Positions 45,283 through 54,817 are shown, counted from the stretch's first letter. The stretch is DNA of 64,000 nt from a virus (IMGVR_UViG_3300044522_000126:2492-66491), one strand, 5' to 3'. Translations and numbers: made by a program. The notes: generated from the letters alone by a model not told the origin.

Positions 45283-47504
45283 TTATTATATATTTTTGAT
45301 GAAGAACCAGTATTATCGTATTTTTTTATTCCTAAATTATAAGTCTGCCTGATTAAAGGAGCAGAAGGAGCATATCTATTTTTATTACAAGCCATTATAG
45401 CTAATCCTGAACTAATAGAAGCATCAAATTTTGTTCTATCATTTATATTAAATCTAGCCCAATCATTTAAAGTTCTATTAAAGTACATGTCACCATAACC
45501 TTGTTCAGTCATTCCAACATATTCTTCTATGTATGATTCTATAGCAGCGGCGTGCGCTTGTTTTATATCTTCACTAGAGTTTGGTATTCCACCAATGTCT
45601 CTTTCTGTTATTGACAACTTGTTCCAAACTTTATCAGGTCGATTCATAGAGTAACCTCTATAACCTCTTCTTTTAAAATGGAACAATAGTCTTGGTTTAT
45701 TATTTTCCGCCAATATAGGCATTCCATAAAAGATACAGGCCATTAATACATCTTCAAAAAATATCTCAGCCGTCTGAGGTCTTGCAATATATTCTAAGAA
45801 AAAAGTATTAGGTGGAACGTCTTCCATAGAAAACTTAGTTAAACCACTTAAAGCTCCATTAGAACCTTTACCATCAACTGTTCCAGATATATCGTATGGA
45901 TCACAACCAAAAGCCCCACAATGTTCATTACCTGGATATTTTACACCATTCTTAATTATAATGTGGTTTTGTAAGTGATGAGGTGGAACCCATGAAACTA
46001 TAAATCTACCGTCTTTATTAGGGTGAAATATAACTCTAGTATCTTGTATACCATTCTCCCATTGAAAACTTCCTTTTGTTAATATACTTGTGTTTCTTAA
46101 GTCTTCGTTGTAATCTATTTGTTCATATATTTTAGTAAGGTTAAACAAAGATTGTTTTGCCTCGTCTCTAAAAGCGTGTTGTTCTGTTCTTGGAAACTGA
46201 CGATAGTATTCATTTAAACTGTCTTGATCTAGTTTTAAACCGTCTACTTCGTTTTGCCAATGTTCTATAACTCCATATTCAATCCAATTACCATCAACTC
46301 CTTTTATAGCGTTTTTAGGTGTATCGAATACTGGTATTCCATAAGTATCTATAAAACCTTCGTATGACCATTCCATTGGAATAAATAATCCATAAAGCCC
46401 AGAACTAGTCTGTCCATTTAAATTTCGTTTAGTAACATCTGAATTATAATAAAGTTTTTTAAAGTTTTCACCTCCTTTATCTAAAGCATTCGACGTTGAA
46501 CCCATCATACATTTACCAATAACTCTACTACCTAACCTAAGAGTTGTTTTAGTAACTCGCCAGTTGTTTAATATGTTATCTGGTCTTTCCCACTTACCAC
46601 TCTCATCATGTACTAAAAGTTTTAACTTTTCACCATCATAGGAGTTGTCTCCAGTATTTTTCCAGTCGATCGTTGTATCAAGTCCTTCTAATTCCTCTAA
46701 TCTTTCGTTAGAATCTAATTTTCGTCTTGTTAGTTTCGATGCTGGAATCCTATAAGCTAGTTCTGTTTTAGGTCTATCCATACCATCTTGGATAGGTTTA
46801 AAAAAGAAAGGATAATTAATTGATATTGGTACAACTTTGTCAGTAAACATCTTCTTAGCATCTGCTCCAGATTTAGATAATATACCAAACCTTGAGTCGC
46901 TAGATATTGTAGCTAAGTTTACTAATTCTGCAGATGACATAAATGAAAATCCAGAACGTCTATTTTTTAAATAACACATTCCATAACATCTAGGATCTGC
47001 CTTACATGCTTCCCAAAAAATAAAGAATAATCTATTTGATTCTCTAAAATCAGGTGCTCCAACGTCGATCTTACTCCATTGAAGATACATGTAATGTGTA
47101 CCTGTTATATATGTTGGTTTACCATTATTATAAAAGAATAAACCTTCTTCTCTATATTTAAACTCGTTGTCGATATAATCATACCAACGGTCCTTAAAAG
47201 TATCTGTCTGTTTATTCCAGTCAAAGGTACTTTTAATCTTACTTAATTCTTTTGGGAAATCCATTTGTTCCCAATATTGTTCTTCTTTATTCTTAGATCT
47301 TAAGTATGGATTCTCAACTAATGGTAAAGCTATTTTTAAGTCTTGGATTTCAAGTATCTCACCAATCTTTCCAGTCTTACTAATAACAACCATATCATGG
47401 TCTTTATTATATCCATATTTCCATTTATTAAGGCGATTATTTTGTTTTATAACACTAGATTTAACGTAATCTGGCACTATTTTGTATAGAGTTTGTTCGT
47501 ACAT
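45279..47504 (-). CDS. terL: Terminase large subunit
   Basis: KNRRSGFS Walker A, LVHDESGKW Walker B, GST coupling motif, GCDPYD nuclease, LAENN, FDASISSG. Confidence 0.9.
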   Translation of the reverse strand: MYEQTLYKIVPDYVKSSVIKQNNRLNKWKYGYNKDHDMVVISKTGKIGEILEIQDLKIALPLVENPYLRSKNKEEQYWEQMDFPKELSKIKSTFDWNKQTDTFKDRWYDYIDNEFKYREEGLFFYNNGKPTYITGTHYMYLQWSKIDVGAPDFRESNRLFFIFWEACKADPRCYGMCYLKNRRSGFSFMSSAELVNLATISSDSRFGILSKSGADAKKMFTDKVVPISINYPFFFKPIQDGMDRPKTELAYRIPASKLTRRKLDSNERLEELEGLDTTIDWKNTGDNSYDGEKLKLLVHDESGKWERPDNILNNWRVTKTTLRLGSRVIGKCMMGSTSNALDKGGENFKKLYYNSDVTKRNLNGQTSSGLYGLFIPMEWSYEGFIDTYGIPVFDTPKNAIKGVDGNWIEYGVIEHWQNEVDGLKLDQDSLNEYYRQFPRTEQHAFRDEAKQSLFNLTKIYEQIDYNEDLRNTSILTKGSFQWENGIQDTRVIFHPNKDGRFIVSWVPPHHLQNHIIIKNGVKYPGNEHCGAFGCDPYDISGTVDGKGSNGALSGLTKFSMEDVPPNTFFLEYIARPQTAEIFFEDVLMACIFYGMPILAENNKPRLLFHFKRRGYRGYSMNRPDKVWNKLSITERDIGGIPNSSEDIKQAHAAAIESYIEEYVGMTEQGYGDMYFNRTLNDWARFNINDRTKFDASISSGLAIMACNKNRYAPSAPLIRQTYNLGIKKYDNTGSSSKIYNK

Positions 47505-47779
47505 TACTTAGATCTCCCTTCTGCAAAACCTTTAAACACTTTAACCTCTATCTCTTTATCACCTTCAATTAGTAATTTTTCCTCTTCTTCAATTCTACTT
47601 AGAATTTCAAACGCGTCAAATATAGCTAACTTTTTAGTAGCAGCAGCGTTTTTTAACTTATCAGCTGACAAATCGTCCTCTCCGTTGTTTAAAATAGCTT
47701 CTTCAGCTACCTTAATTAATTCAAGTACTGCTTTGTGTCCAGCTAGGATTATATTCTGCTTCGTTTCCTTTATATTCAT
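47504..47779 (-). CDS. Possible terminase small subunit
   Basis: Small helical ORF coupled immediately upstream of terL. Confidence 0.45.
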   Translation of the reverse strand: MNIKETKQNIILAGHKAVLELIKVAEEAILNNGEDDLSADKLKNAAATKKLAIFDAFEILSRIEEEEKLLIEGDKEIEVKVFKGFAEGRSK

Positions 47780-48341
47780 ATTTAATTACAATATCATTAG
47801 ATTTCATACAATAAAGTCTTTGCCCATCAATAACAAAGTCAAATTCTCCATCAGGAGTATAACCAACAAGGTCTCCCTCGTGTATTTTAAGTGCTTCTAA
47901 AGAACTATTTCCGTATTTTAATATACCAATAAGTTCTTGTTCTTTATTTATCTTTAAATAACTAGTATTTTTAAGTGGTTTTATAAAACATCTGTTACCA
48001 AATGACTCCCACCTACCACTGTCACTGTCATTATTTTTATATAAATAAATTTGATCTATATCACAAAAATAAAGATTATCCATAAAGAATGCTCTACTAT
48101 TTTTTTGATTACCTTTTATGTCATAAAACCTTCTGAATACATTGTGGTGAATTACTACTATATCTCCTACTTTTATATTAGTAGAATAAGCCAATGGTAC
48201 TGCAACCACTTCTGCTAAGTTGTTTACAGACTTGAAACTTTCTATTCTAGTATTTAATATAAGTTCTTTACCATCTACTTTAATTTTATTATTGTATCTT
48301 TCACCTAATGGTTTTACAATAAAATTGAACACACTAGTCAT
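47721..48341 (-). CDS. Tandem GroES-like domain protein
   Basis: FIVKP...AEVVAVP...IKVGDIVV and a second GNRCFIKP...EGDLVGY...DGQRLYCMKSNDI. Confidence 0.65.
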   Translation of the reverse strand: MTSVFNFIVKPLGERYNNKIKVDGKELILNTRIESFKSVNNLAEVVAVPLAYSTNIKVGDIVVIHHNVFRRFYDIKGNQKNSRAFFMDNLYFCDIDQIYLYKNNDSDSGRWESFGNRCFIKPLKNTSYLKINKEQELIGILKYGNSSLEALKIHEGDLVGYTPDGEFDFVIDGQRLYCMKSNDIVIKYEYKGNEAEYNPSWTQSST

Positions 48342-48568
48342 CAATACTCTAAATCATATTCTACTGATATAGCCATGTTAGAATTAAACTTCTTCCAAGG
48401 CATTACTTCGTCTCCCTTTTTTATATATATAAAATAAGAAGAGTCTTTTGAATCTAATAGTATATGAGTTATCTCGTGACCTCCGTATACAGACTGACCA
48501 ATAGAATAATGCATTGCTTCATTCTTATAGTCAGATCCAATGCTTATCTTGCGAATAACCGAACTCAT
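48341..48568 (-). CDS. Hypothetical protein
   Basis: 75-aa ORF (IRKISIG.DYK..AMHY.IGQ). Confidence 0.75.
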   Translation of the reverse strand: MSSVIRKISIGSDYKNEAMHYSIGQSVYGGHEITHILLDSKDSSYFIYIKKGDEVMPWKKFNSNMAISVEYDLEY

Positions 48569-48816
48569 TATTCTACAACTGGTTTTTCAATTTCAGTATA
48601 TGAACCGTCCTCTAAATTAATATTGATTGCTCCATATTCTGCTTCTAGTTCTGCTTTAAATTCCTCAATTGATTTATTTAAGTCTGCTAATTGATGTAAG
48701 AACCCGTGTTTTTGAGATTCTAATACTCCAATGTTTGATAGAATAGCCGACAAATCTTTTTGTCCTGCTACAATTTTCCCTAATTGTTCTGCTGTAATCT
48801 GTTTTGTAATTTCCAT
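48568..48816 (-). CDS. Coiled-coil protein
   Basis: 82 aa, ends LEAEYGAININLEDGSY. Confidence 0.7.
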   Translation of the reverse strand: MEITKQITAEQLGKIVAGQKDLSAILSNIGVLESQKHGFLHQLADLNKSIEEFKAELEAEYGAININLEDGSYTEIEKPVVE

Positions 48817-48859
48817 TTTTATTTAATTTAATTGTTTATTTGTTTTTTTATTCCACCGC

Positions 48860-48934
48860 TTACAGAGTAGGTGGCGGCGGTGGATTAGTATTACCTCCGC
48901 CCCAACCTATTCCAATACCTATGCCCCAACCCAT
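48860..48934 (-). CDS. 24-aa micro-ORF MGWGIGIGIGWGGGNTNPPPPPTL (head-fibre anchor-like)
   Basis: ATG overlaps the upstream stop (TAATG); GIGIG N-terminus. Confidence 0.5.
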   Translation of the reverse strand: MGWGIGIGIGWGGGNTNPPPPPTL

Positions 48935-49245
48935 TAGTAAAGTGCTACTATGTTGGCGCAGGTTGTATCAATACTATCCCCATCAGAACCCCACACAGCG
49001 CTTACTATAACAGGAAAAAACGTACCATCCGGTATATTATAAAAAATAGTATATCCACTTCCTGGATCGCTATTATATAAAGTTGTATTTCCGCCTACCA
49101 CTCTACAAACCAAAGTACCGCCTGTGCCAATGTATAAGGCTGCTGAGTTTAAATTAGTAACTGAAGCAACCTCGTCTGGCCCTACTCCAATTGTAACAGC
49201 ATTTGCTCTTGTTCCAAAGTCTGGTTGATTACCGTATTGTCCCAT
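48934..49245 (-). CDS. Head spike base / capsid decoration-like protein
   Basis: ALYIGTGGTL.....G.FFPV.V..V....TT...IVALY resembles the RcGTA Rcc01079 family. Confidence 0.65.
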   Translation of the reverse strand: MGQYGNQPDFGTRANAVTIGVGPDEVASVTNLNSAALYIGTGGTLVCRVVGGNTTLYNSDPGSGYTIFYNIPDGTFFPVIVSAVWGSDGDSIDTTCANIVALY

Positions 49246-49248
49246 AAT

Positions 49249-49497
49249 TTATTTTTTAAATATTCTATTGTATATTTTGTTTTTATTTTTTGTTCCAGGT
49301 TTAAATTCTAAAACGGTATTCCCTGGAAAACTATAATCTTCCCCTGGGTGCATTTCTTTTTTATTACCTAAATTATCAATTCCCAAAACGGGAAATTCAA
49401 CATCTTTCATTGTGATATCCCCACTAGGTATTACATTATAAGGTCTATCTTTGTCAGGACTATTTTTTTTATAACCCGTTGTTGATAGATTTTTCAT
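49249..49497 (-). CDS. Hypothetical protein (ITMK.V.FPV.G...M.PG.DY.FPG..V.E)
   Basis: Conserved-looking Bacteroidota phage motif. Confidence 0.7.
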   Translation of the reverse strand: MKNLSTTGYKKNSPDKDRPYNVIPSGDITMKDVEFPVLGIDNLGNKKEMHPGEDYSFPGNTVLEFKPGTKNKNKIYNRIFKK

Positions 49498-49498
49498 T

Positions 49499-50014
49499 TT
49501 ATTTTTTAACAGCAATTGCTTTACGTAATTTAATCAAAGTGTCTTTGTCTCTAGCATCTGCGTTTTCAGGGGATTTTGCTCCACCAGTGATGTTATATTG
49601 GGCAGCGTTTTTGTTTCTAGAATTCATAGTACTAGTACTGTCTGCTTTATATTCCTTGTACAATTTTTCATTTGATTCTTTAAACAAACCAGCGCCAGAT
49701 TCTTTAACTGTTTTACCACCAGAAATTATAGAAGCTCTACTTCTACTTCCACCTCCTTTTTGACCCTCACCTGGTCTAAATGTTTTTTCATACGGTTTTG
49801 CGGTAGCTGCTCCAGACGCTACATCCACATTTATGCCTTCAATACTAGCTATTGCATTAGAGTAATTTTTACCTCCTTTTTTTCTAGCATCTGCCATTGT
49901 TTTCTTACCTTTGTCGTATTCGCTAGTAAGTTCAATTTCTTGTTTAAAAGGTGTCGGAATTCCATGTCCTGTTTTAGAGTTGTTACCTCTTCCTGGTGAT
50001 TGTGTGTATGCCAT
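49499..50014 (-). CDS. Basic low-complexity protein
   Basis: 171-aa ORF. Confidence 0.7.
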   Translation of the reverse strand: MAYTQSPGRGNNSKTGHGIPTPFKQEIELTSEYDKGKKTMADARKKGGKNYSNAIASIEGINVDVASGAATAKPYEKTFRPGEGQKGGGSRSRASIISGGKTVKESGAGLFKESNEKLYKEYKADSTSTMNSRNKNAAQYNITGGAKSPENADARDKDTLIKLRKAIAVKK

Positions 50015-50024
50015 TTTATTTTTT

Positions 50025-50381
50025 TTAGTTGTTTAAAATTCTTTTGTATATTATTTGTCCCGAAATATTAGCCACGTAATCTGCTACCATAGTATCTTCA
50101 TCTATTATTATAAATTTAGCTAAAGATTCCCAATCGTTTTGTTCGTGTAACATTTTTAAGTATAGATTTCTATTAGTTAATTCATATCCTAATATTTTAA
50201 AATCGTTTCCAGTTAAATAAGAAAAAGACTTTATATTTAAATACCGTTTTTCTTTTATAGAAAATTCTATTTCAACCGTGTCTGATTTCCATTTTCCTAC
50301 TAAGAAGTTTTTAGACATCTTCTGAGCGTTGATATTAAAACTAAATAATACTACCACGATAATTAAAAATACTTTTTTCAT
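50025..50381 (-). CDS. Secreted/periplasmic lipocalin-like protein
   Basis: Signal peptide MKKVFLIIVVVLFSFNINAQ followed by LVGKW. Confidence 0.65.
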   Translation of the reverse strand: MKKVFLIIVVVLFSFNINAQKMSKNFLVGKWKSDTVEIEFSIKEKRYLNIKSFSYLTGNDFKILGYELTNRNLYLKMLHEQNDWESLAKFIIIDEDTMVADYVANISGQIIYKRILNN

Positions 50382-50402
50382 AATTAAATAAGATTAGAGT
50401 TA

Positions 50403-50423
50403 TATACCTATAATATTACATGT
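50403..50423 (-). promoter_or_regulatory. Putative late promoter motif (ACATGTAATATTATAGGTATA)
   Basis: 18/21 identical to the + strand copy at 10610. Confidence 0.65.
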
Positions 50424-50424
50424 A

Positions 50425-50760
50425 TTATTTAACTTTAACACTTTTACCTTGTTTAGAATATGCTTCTTTTTCCCAAGGAAGATTTTTAGCGCCTTCTTTC
50501 ATACTGGCGCGAGAGTATTTTTTACCTCTCCAAAATACATGTGTGTCAGAATAATCTAAATCGCCACGTTTCATTTGGTCAATATGAACCATTTCGTGTT
50601 CTATTGTTTTGTTTTTCTTTAATTCTAATGGAGATACGTTTTTATTAACTAGTATAGTTCCATTTGATTGAGCCATACCTAATACATTGTCGTCCATGTC
50701 CGTACTATAAATAGGTGTATTGTCCGTTGAATAAGGTGGACCTGTCATTGTAAATGCCAT
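50425..50760 (-). CDS. Small zincin metallopeptidase-like protein
   Basis: HEMVHIDQ (HExxH) plus PWEKEAY. Confidence 0.75.
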   Translation of the reverse strand: MAFTMTGPPYSTDNTPIYSTDMDDNVLGMAQSNGTILVNKNVSPLELKKNKTIEHEMVHIDQMKRGDLDYSDTHVFWRGKKYSRASMKEGAKNLPWEKEAYSKQGKSVKVK

Positions 50761-50781
50761 TTGTATACGGTTTAAATTATT

Positions 50782-50813
50782 AATTCCCCTACAAATTACT
50801 TCATAGGGGATTT
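50782..50813 (-). terminator. Hairpin, possible terminator
   Basis: tccccta-N12-tagggga in an intergenic gap. Confidence 0.5.
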
Positions 50814-50824
50814 AAAATAAATAA

Positions 50825-51094
50825 TTATGCTATTGCGATACCTGTAACTGTAACTCCTGTAGGAATTGCTACTGGTATTAAAAGAGGACCATTAACAGCG
50901 ATGATAGCTTTATTGATCGCATTGTAAAGATTAGTAGTAGTCGCTCCTGCAACTGTCAAAGTAAACTTTTTAGGTCCTGAATAAATTTCAATAGAAGTAG
51001 CGCTAACGTAATGTACATAAGTAAGTAAGTCTGTAGCGAACTGTAAAATTGGTGTTCCTGTAATTGTTGTTGCAATCGAGATGAATTTTGCCAT
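50825..51094 (-). CDS. Small probable structural protein
   Basis: 89 aa, Thr/Ala/Ile-rich. Confidence 0.7.
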   Translation of the reverse strand: MAKFISIATTITGTPILQFATDLLTYVHYVSATSIEIYSGPKKFTLTVAGATTTNLYNAINKAIIAVNGPLLIPVAIPTGVTVTGIAIA

Positions 51095-51139
51095 TTTGTT
51101 TTTTTTTGTTTTTAGTTGTTTATTTATAAATATGTTATA

Positions 51140-51409
51140 TTAACATTTTTTCATTTTAGTTGGAGAATTCTTTTTTTCTCTCATCGCACTATCTATTGTA
51201 GATTTAGCTTGACGTAAAGGACTTTTTTCTTTAACCATTTTAACAGGTGAATCAACTTTTTTTCCTTTCATTTCTTTGTCTACCTTCTTTCTAGTAGAAC
51301 TTCCTGGCATACCAATCATATCACTTTTGTAAGAAACATCTTTCTTAGTCAATGGAGCTGACTTTTTCTGAAGCACAGGTGACGTTTGTTTTTTATCTAA
51401 TTTTTTCAT
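51140..51409 (-). CDS. Lys-rich protein with repeated SP-hydrophobic motif
   Basis: SPVLQ, APLTK, SPVKM, SPLRQ, SPTKM. Confidence 0.7.
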   Translation of the reverse strand: MKKLDKKQTSPVLQKKSAPLTKKDVSYKSDMIGMPGSSTRKKVDKEMKGKKVDSPVKMVKEKSPLRQAKSTIDSAMREKKNSPTKMKKC

Positions 51410-51414
51410 GTTTA

Positions 51415-51843
51415 TTAGTTTATTGTTGCTGTTGGTGTTTTTTTCTTTTTTTCTTCTTCGTAAGTTTTAATTCTACCGCTAATATTCTCTTTTCTTTTAT
51501 CTATTCTTTTTAATCGTTTATCTATTGTAGCATTTCTACCAGTTACGTCTTTCATAGAAGTATTACCAGCTCTTTCGTCTTTTAGTTTTTTCTCTCTACC
51601 TTCTAAACGTTCTTTAGTTTTAACATCTTGTTTGTTATTACTTTCTGGCGTTTTAGAGGCTAATGCAGCACCTACTGTTTCTGCAAAAGATGACAACGTA
51701 GCGTTTGTAACATCAGCATTATAATCCGCCTTTCCAGTATATCCACCAGATTCATAAGCACCACCTTCTCCACCTTGATCAACTATACTTCTTTGTAGAT
51801 GAAAAGGAGAGTTAGTATTTCTATTTACTAAGTTTAAAGACAT
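51415..51843 (-). CDS. Basic hypothetical protein
   Basis: 142-aa ORF. Confidence 0.7.
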   Translation of the reverse strand: MSLNLVNRNTNSPFHLQRSIVDQGGEGGAYESGGYTGKADYNADVTNATLSSFAETVGAALASKTPESNNKQDVKTKERLEGREKKLKDERAGNTSMKDVTGRNATIDKRLKRIDKRKENISGRIKTYEEEKKKKTPTATIN

Positions 51844-51847
51844 AATA

Positions 51848-52066
51848 TTAAAATTTACCTTTTGCTTTTTGTGTTATAGGTCCAGAAGAATAACTTGGTT
51901 TGTCATTGTTAAAAACAATACCACTTATTCCGTTACTAGATCCTTTACCTTTTGGAAGACCTGTAGAATCGTACGGTCCGTTCCATAGAGCATTTGCTCC
52001 TACTCCAGAAGTTTTAGCTTCTCTATCGTGAATACTTCTTGGGTGTTTTTTTGTGTTTAAATTCAT
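51848..52066 (-). CDS. Hypothetical protein
   Basis: 72-aa ORF (GANALWNGP...GKGSS.G). Confidence 0.7.
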   Translation of the reverse strand: MNLNTKKHPRSIHDREAKTSGVGANALWNGPYDSTGLPKGKGSSNGISGIVFNNDKPSYSSGPITQKAKGKF

Positions 52067-52070
52067 AATT

Positions 52071-52568
52071 TTAAATATTTGATAAGTCGTAAGTAGGTGT
52101 TATTTGTTGTGTGACATCCTCAGGAGGAGGTATAGGTGAAGTATTCATAGGAACACCAGTCGCTGCCATATCGTTCTGAATTGCTGCTGGCATGCCAGGA
52201 TTAGTTGGATCAACTTGCATTGCTAAGTTAGGATCCATTGTTTGAGCAAAAGGAGACTGAACAGTTCTTGTAAAAGTACCTGGGTTTACTTGTCCATATA
52301 AATTAGCAATAGTACCTGGATTTGAAAAAGCTTTTGGATTTATTGGATTAACCGTTCTTGGCATTACATTTTTTACCTCATTATTTATCAAAGAACCTCC
52401 AAATCCAGAAAGATTTGAGGTAACACCTGTTGTGCCTCTCATAGTTTGTTGACTTGGAAGATTGTTAGACTGTGCTAGTTTGTTTTGGGCTTGTAGAGCT
52501 TTTGCTTTTGCCATCCCCATCATTCCCATTTGGTTTACTACGCTACTTGTTGAATTAAAAAATCCCAT
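52071..52568 (-). CDS. Met/Pro/Asn-rich disordered protein
   Basis: ORF; start placed at MGFFN (track start 52598). Confidence 0.65.
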   Translation of the reverse strand: MGFFNSTSSVVNQMGMMGMAKAKALQAQNKLAQSNNLPSQQTMRGTTGVTSNLSGFGGSLINNEVKNVMPRTVNPINPKAFSNPGTIANLYGQVNPGTFTRTVQSPFAQTMDPNLAMQVDPTNPGMPAAIQNDMAATGVPMNTSPIPPPEDVTQQITPTYDLSNI

Positions 52569-53013
52569 AATTATTTCTTGTTTTATCTTTATTAACATTG
52601 TCTATAGCTGTTATAGCTACAGTATCCATATACGTTTTACCATTCATAATAATATTTCTATGACTTGTTGGTATGTCTTCTTTTCCTAACATAATTCGAT
52701 ACATTTTACTTATTAGTTGTTTGCACTTAAATGAAACTTTATATATGTTATATTTTTGAGTTGTATGATTTCTTTCTCTCCAAATCGTTATCCAACCTTG
52801 TTTCAACAAATCGTTCCAGCGTCTATTGTTCCAACTATATGCGTATGTACCTATTTTAAAATCTTGTTTTGTAAAAAAATCCATACAATCAAAATAGATA
52901 AGAAGTTCTAAATCAGCGTCTGTTAAATTATTATTTCTACACGCCCATCTTCTTATTATTCTATAATGTTTTAGTAATCCAATCTCTTTAATATCAGTAG
53001 GTTCTAATCTCAT
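52555..53013 (-). CDS. Winged-helix-like protein
   Basis: LTDADLELLIYF...LLKQGWI...YKVS MarR-like pattern. Confidence 0.6.
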   Translation of the reverse strand: MRLEPTDIKEIGLLKHYRIIRRWACRNNNLTDADLELLIYFDCMDFFTKQDFKIGTYAYSWNNRRWNDLLKQGWITIWRERNHTTQKYNIYKVSFKCKQLISKMYRIMLGKEDIPTSHRNIIMNGKTYMDTVAITAIDNVNKDKTRNNYGIF

Positions 53014-53273
53014 TATAAAACAACTACTACGTCTTGAATCTTTATAACATGATATGTTTCTTTACCAAGTTCTATTTTATGTCCAGCGTGTCTGTCATAG
53101 AATATCACGTCTCTTTCTTTGATACCAACTACGTTTTCTCCTATTGACATTACTTGCGCTTCTATATATCTAATATCTTCTCGTTGACTTTCAGCAAGCA
53201 TTAATCCACCTTTAGTTTTAGTGGTGCCTTCTTTTACTTTCTGTATGATTAAATTTATACCTACTGCTTTCAT
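53013..53273 (-). CDS. groES: Co-chaperonin GroES
   Basis: KTKGGLML mobile loop, VMSIGENV.GIKE.D, VIK.QDVV; adjacent to GroEL. Confidence 0.9.
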   Translation of the reverse strand: MKAVGINLIIQKVKEGTTKTKGGLMLAESQREDIRYIEAQVMSIGENVVGIKERDVIFYDRHAGHKIELGKETYHVIKIQDVVVVL

Positions 53274-54817
53274 TATGCTCTTAAGTTATTAATTACACAA
53301 TCAGTTGACAATATGGTAGTTGCTACAGAAGCAGCGTTTCTTAAAGCGCTTTTTGTAACTAGTAAAGGATCAATTATGCCTGCTTTAATCATGTCAACTG
53401 TTTCGCCAGTTATAACATTGAGACCATACCCAACTTTTGATATTGTTTCTATAGGAGCGTGTTCGATACCTGCATTATCTAATATAGTTTTAAACGGTGC
53501 TCTAATAGAATCTAATAATATTTCTTCACCTACAGAATAAGAACTAATGTTATGAGAAGCGTTTAACAATGCAATTCCACCACCAGCAACAATTCCTTCT
53601 TTAATAGCAGCTTTTGTAGCACATATAGCGTCTTCTATTCTATCTGCTTTTTCTTTTAATTCTATCTCAGAGTTAGCACCAACTTTAACAACAGCTATCT
53701 TAGCAGTTAAACGCGCTAATCTTTTTTCTAACTTTATAACTTGTGGAGTAGTATTGTTTTCTAATAAAGATTTTTTAACATCTTTAATTATATCTAATAC
53801 TTCTTCAGAAGTTTCTCCAACGTGAAGAATTGTTTCTTCATGGTTAGTAATACTCTTAATACATGCACCTAACATTTCAGGTTGTATTAAATCTAAGTCA
53901 TCGCCTAAGTCTTCATTTATTAATACTGCATTAGTTAATAATGCTAGATCATCGAATATCTCTTTTCTGTTTATTCCAAAAGTAGGTGCATTAATTACGT
54001 TTACTTTTAAATTACCTTTAGACTTGTTCATTGCCAATGTGGTTAAAACCACTTGTTCCATATCGGCTATTATAAGTAACGATTTATTGTTTTTTATAAT
54101 ATACTCTAATACAGATTGAATTTGTCTTATAGATTGTATAGGAGATTCTACTAATAATACTAAAGGATTATCTAACTCTGCTGTTTTATTTTTTTGATTT
54201 GTTACGAAATGAGAGTTTGTCAAACCCATACCGCATTGTACTCCTTCTACTACCTGTAAACTACATTCTGGATCTGAAGATGCTTCCATCATAACAATCC
54301 CAGTATTACCTACAGATCTAAAAGCGTCTCCTACTATCTTACCTAATTCAGCATCATTATTTGTAGATATAGTAGCTACTTGATCTAACATGTCTCCTTC
54401 TACAATTATTGAATATTTTTCAAGGTATTCTATAACTTTATCAACTGCTTTATTTATTCCTTCTTTTATCTCTCTTGTATTTGGATTTTCTACAGCATAA
54501 GCATTTTTTAAAATAGCATGCGCCAAAACAGTTGCTGTAGTAGTTCCGTCTCCAGCTTCTCTAACAGTCTTTCTAGCTGCTTCTTTTAAAAGTGTTGCTC
54601 CCATGTTTTCTACTGGATCTAATAAAATAATAGAATCAGCAACAGATACTCCGTCTTTTGTAATTATAGGTCTTCCAGAAGAATCTTCTAAAAGAACACA
54701 TTTACCACTTGCTCCAAGAGTAGAACTAACTGCTCTAGATAATTTTTCTATCCCAGCAAATACTTTATCACTTGCTTCTTTTCCGAAACTTAAATTTTTG
54801 ACTATAGCGTCTGACAT
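53273..54817 (-). CDS. groEL: Chaperonin GroEL
   Basis: ITKDGVSVA, ENMGA, AGDGTTTATVLA, EK.DRIEDA, EGIVAGGG, GIIDP. Confidence 0.97.
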   Translation of the reverse strand: MSDAIVKNLSFGKEASDKVFAGIEKLSRAVSSTLGASGKCVLLEDSSGRPIITKDGVSVADSIILLDPVENMGATLLKEAARKTVREAGDGTTTATVLAHAILKNAYAVENPNTREIKEGINKAVDKVIEYLEKYSIIVEGDMLDQVATISTNNDAELGKIVGDAFRSVGNTGIVMMEASSDPECSLQVVEGVQCGMGLTNSHFVTNQKNKTAELDNPLVLLVESPIQSIRQIQSVLEYIIKNNKSLLIIADMEQVVLTTLAMNKSKGNLKVNVINAPTFGINRKEIFDDLALLTNAVLINEDLGDDLDLIQPEMLGACIKSITNHEETILHVGETSEEVLDIIKDVKKSLLENNTTPQVIKLEKRLARLTAKIAVVKVGANSEIELKEKADRIEDAICATKAAIKEGIVAGGGIALLNASHNISSYSVGEEILLDSIRAPFKTILDNAGIEHAPIETISKVGYGLNVITGETVDMIKAGIIDPLLVTKSALRNAASVATTILSTDCVINNLRA

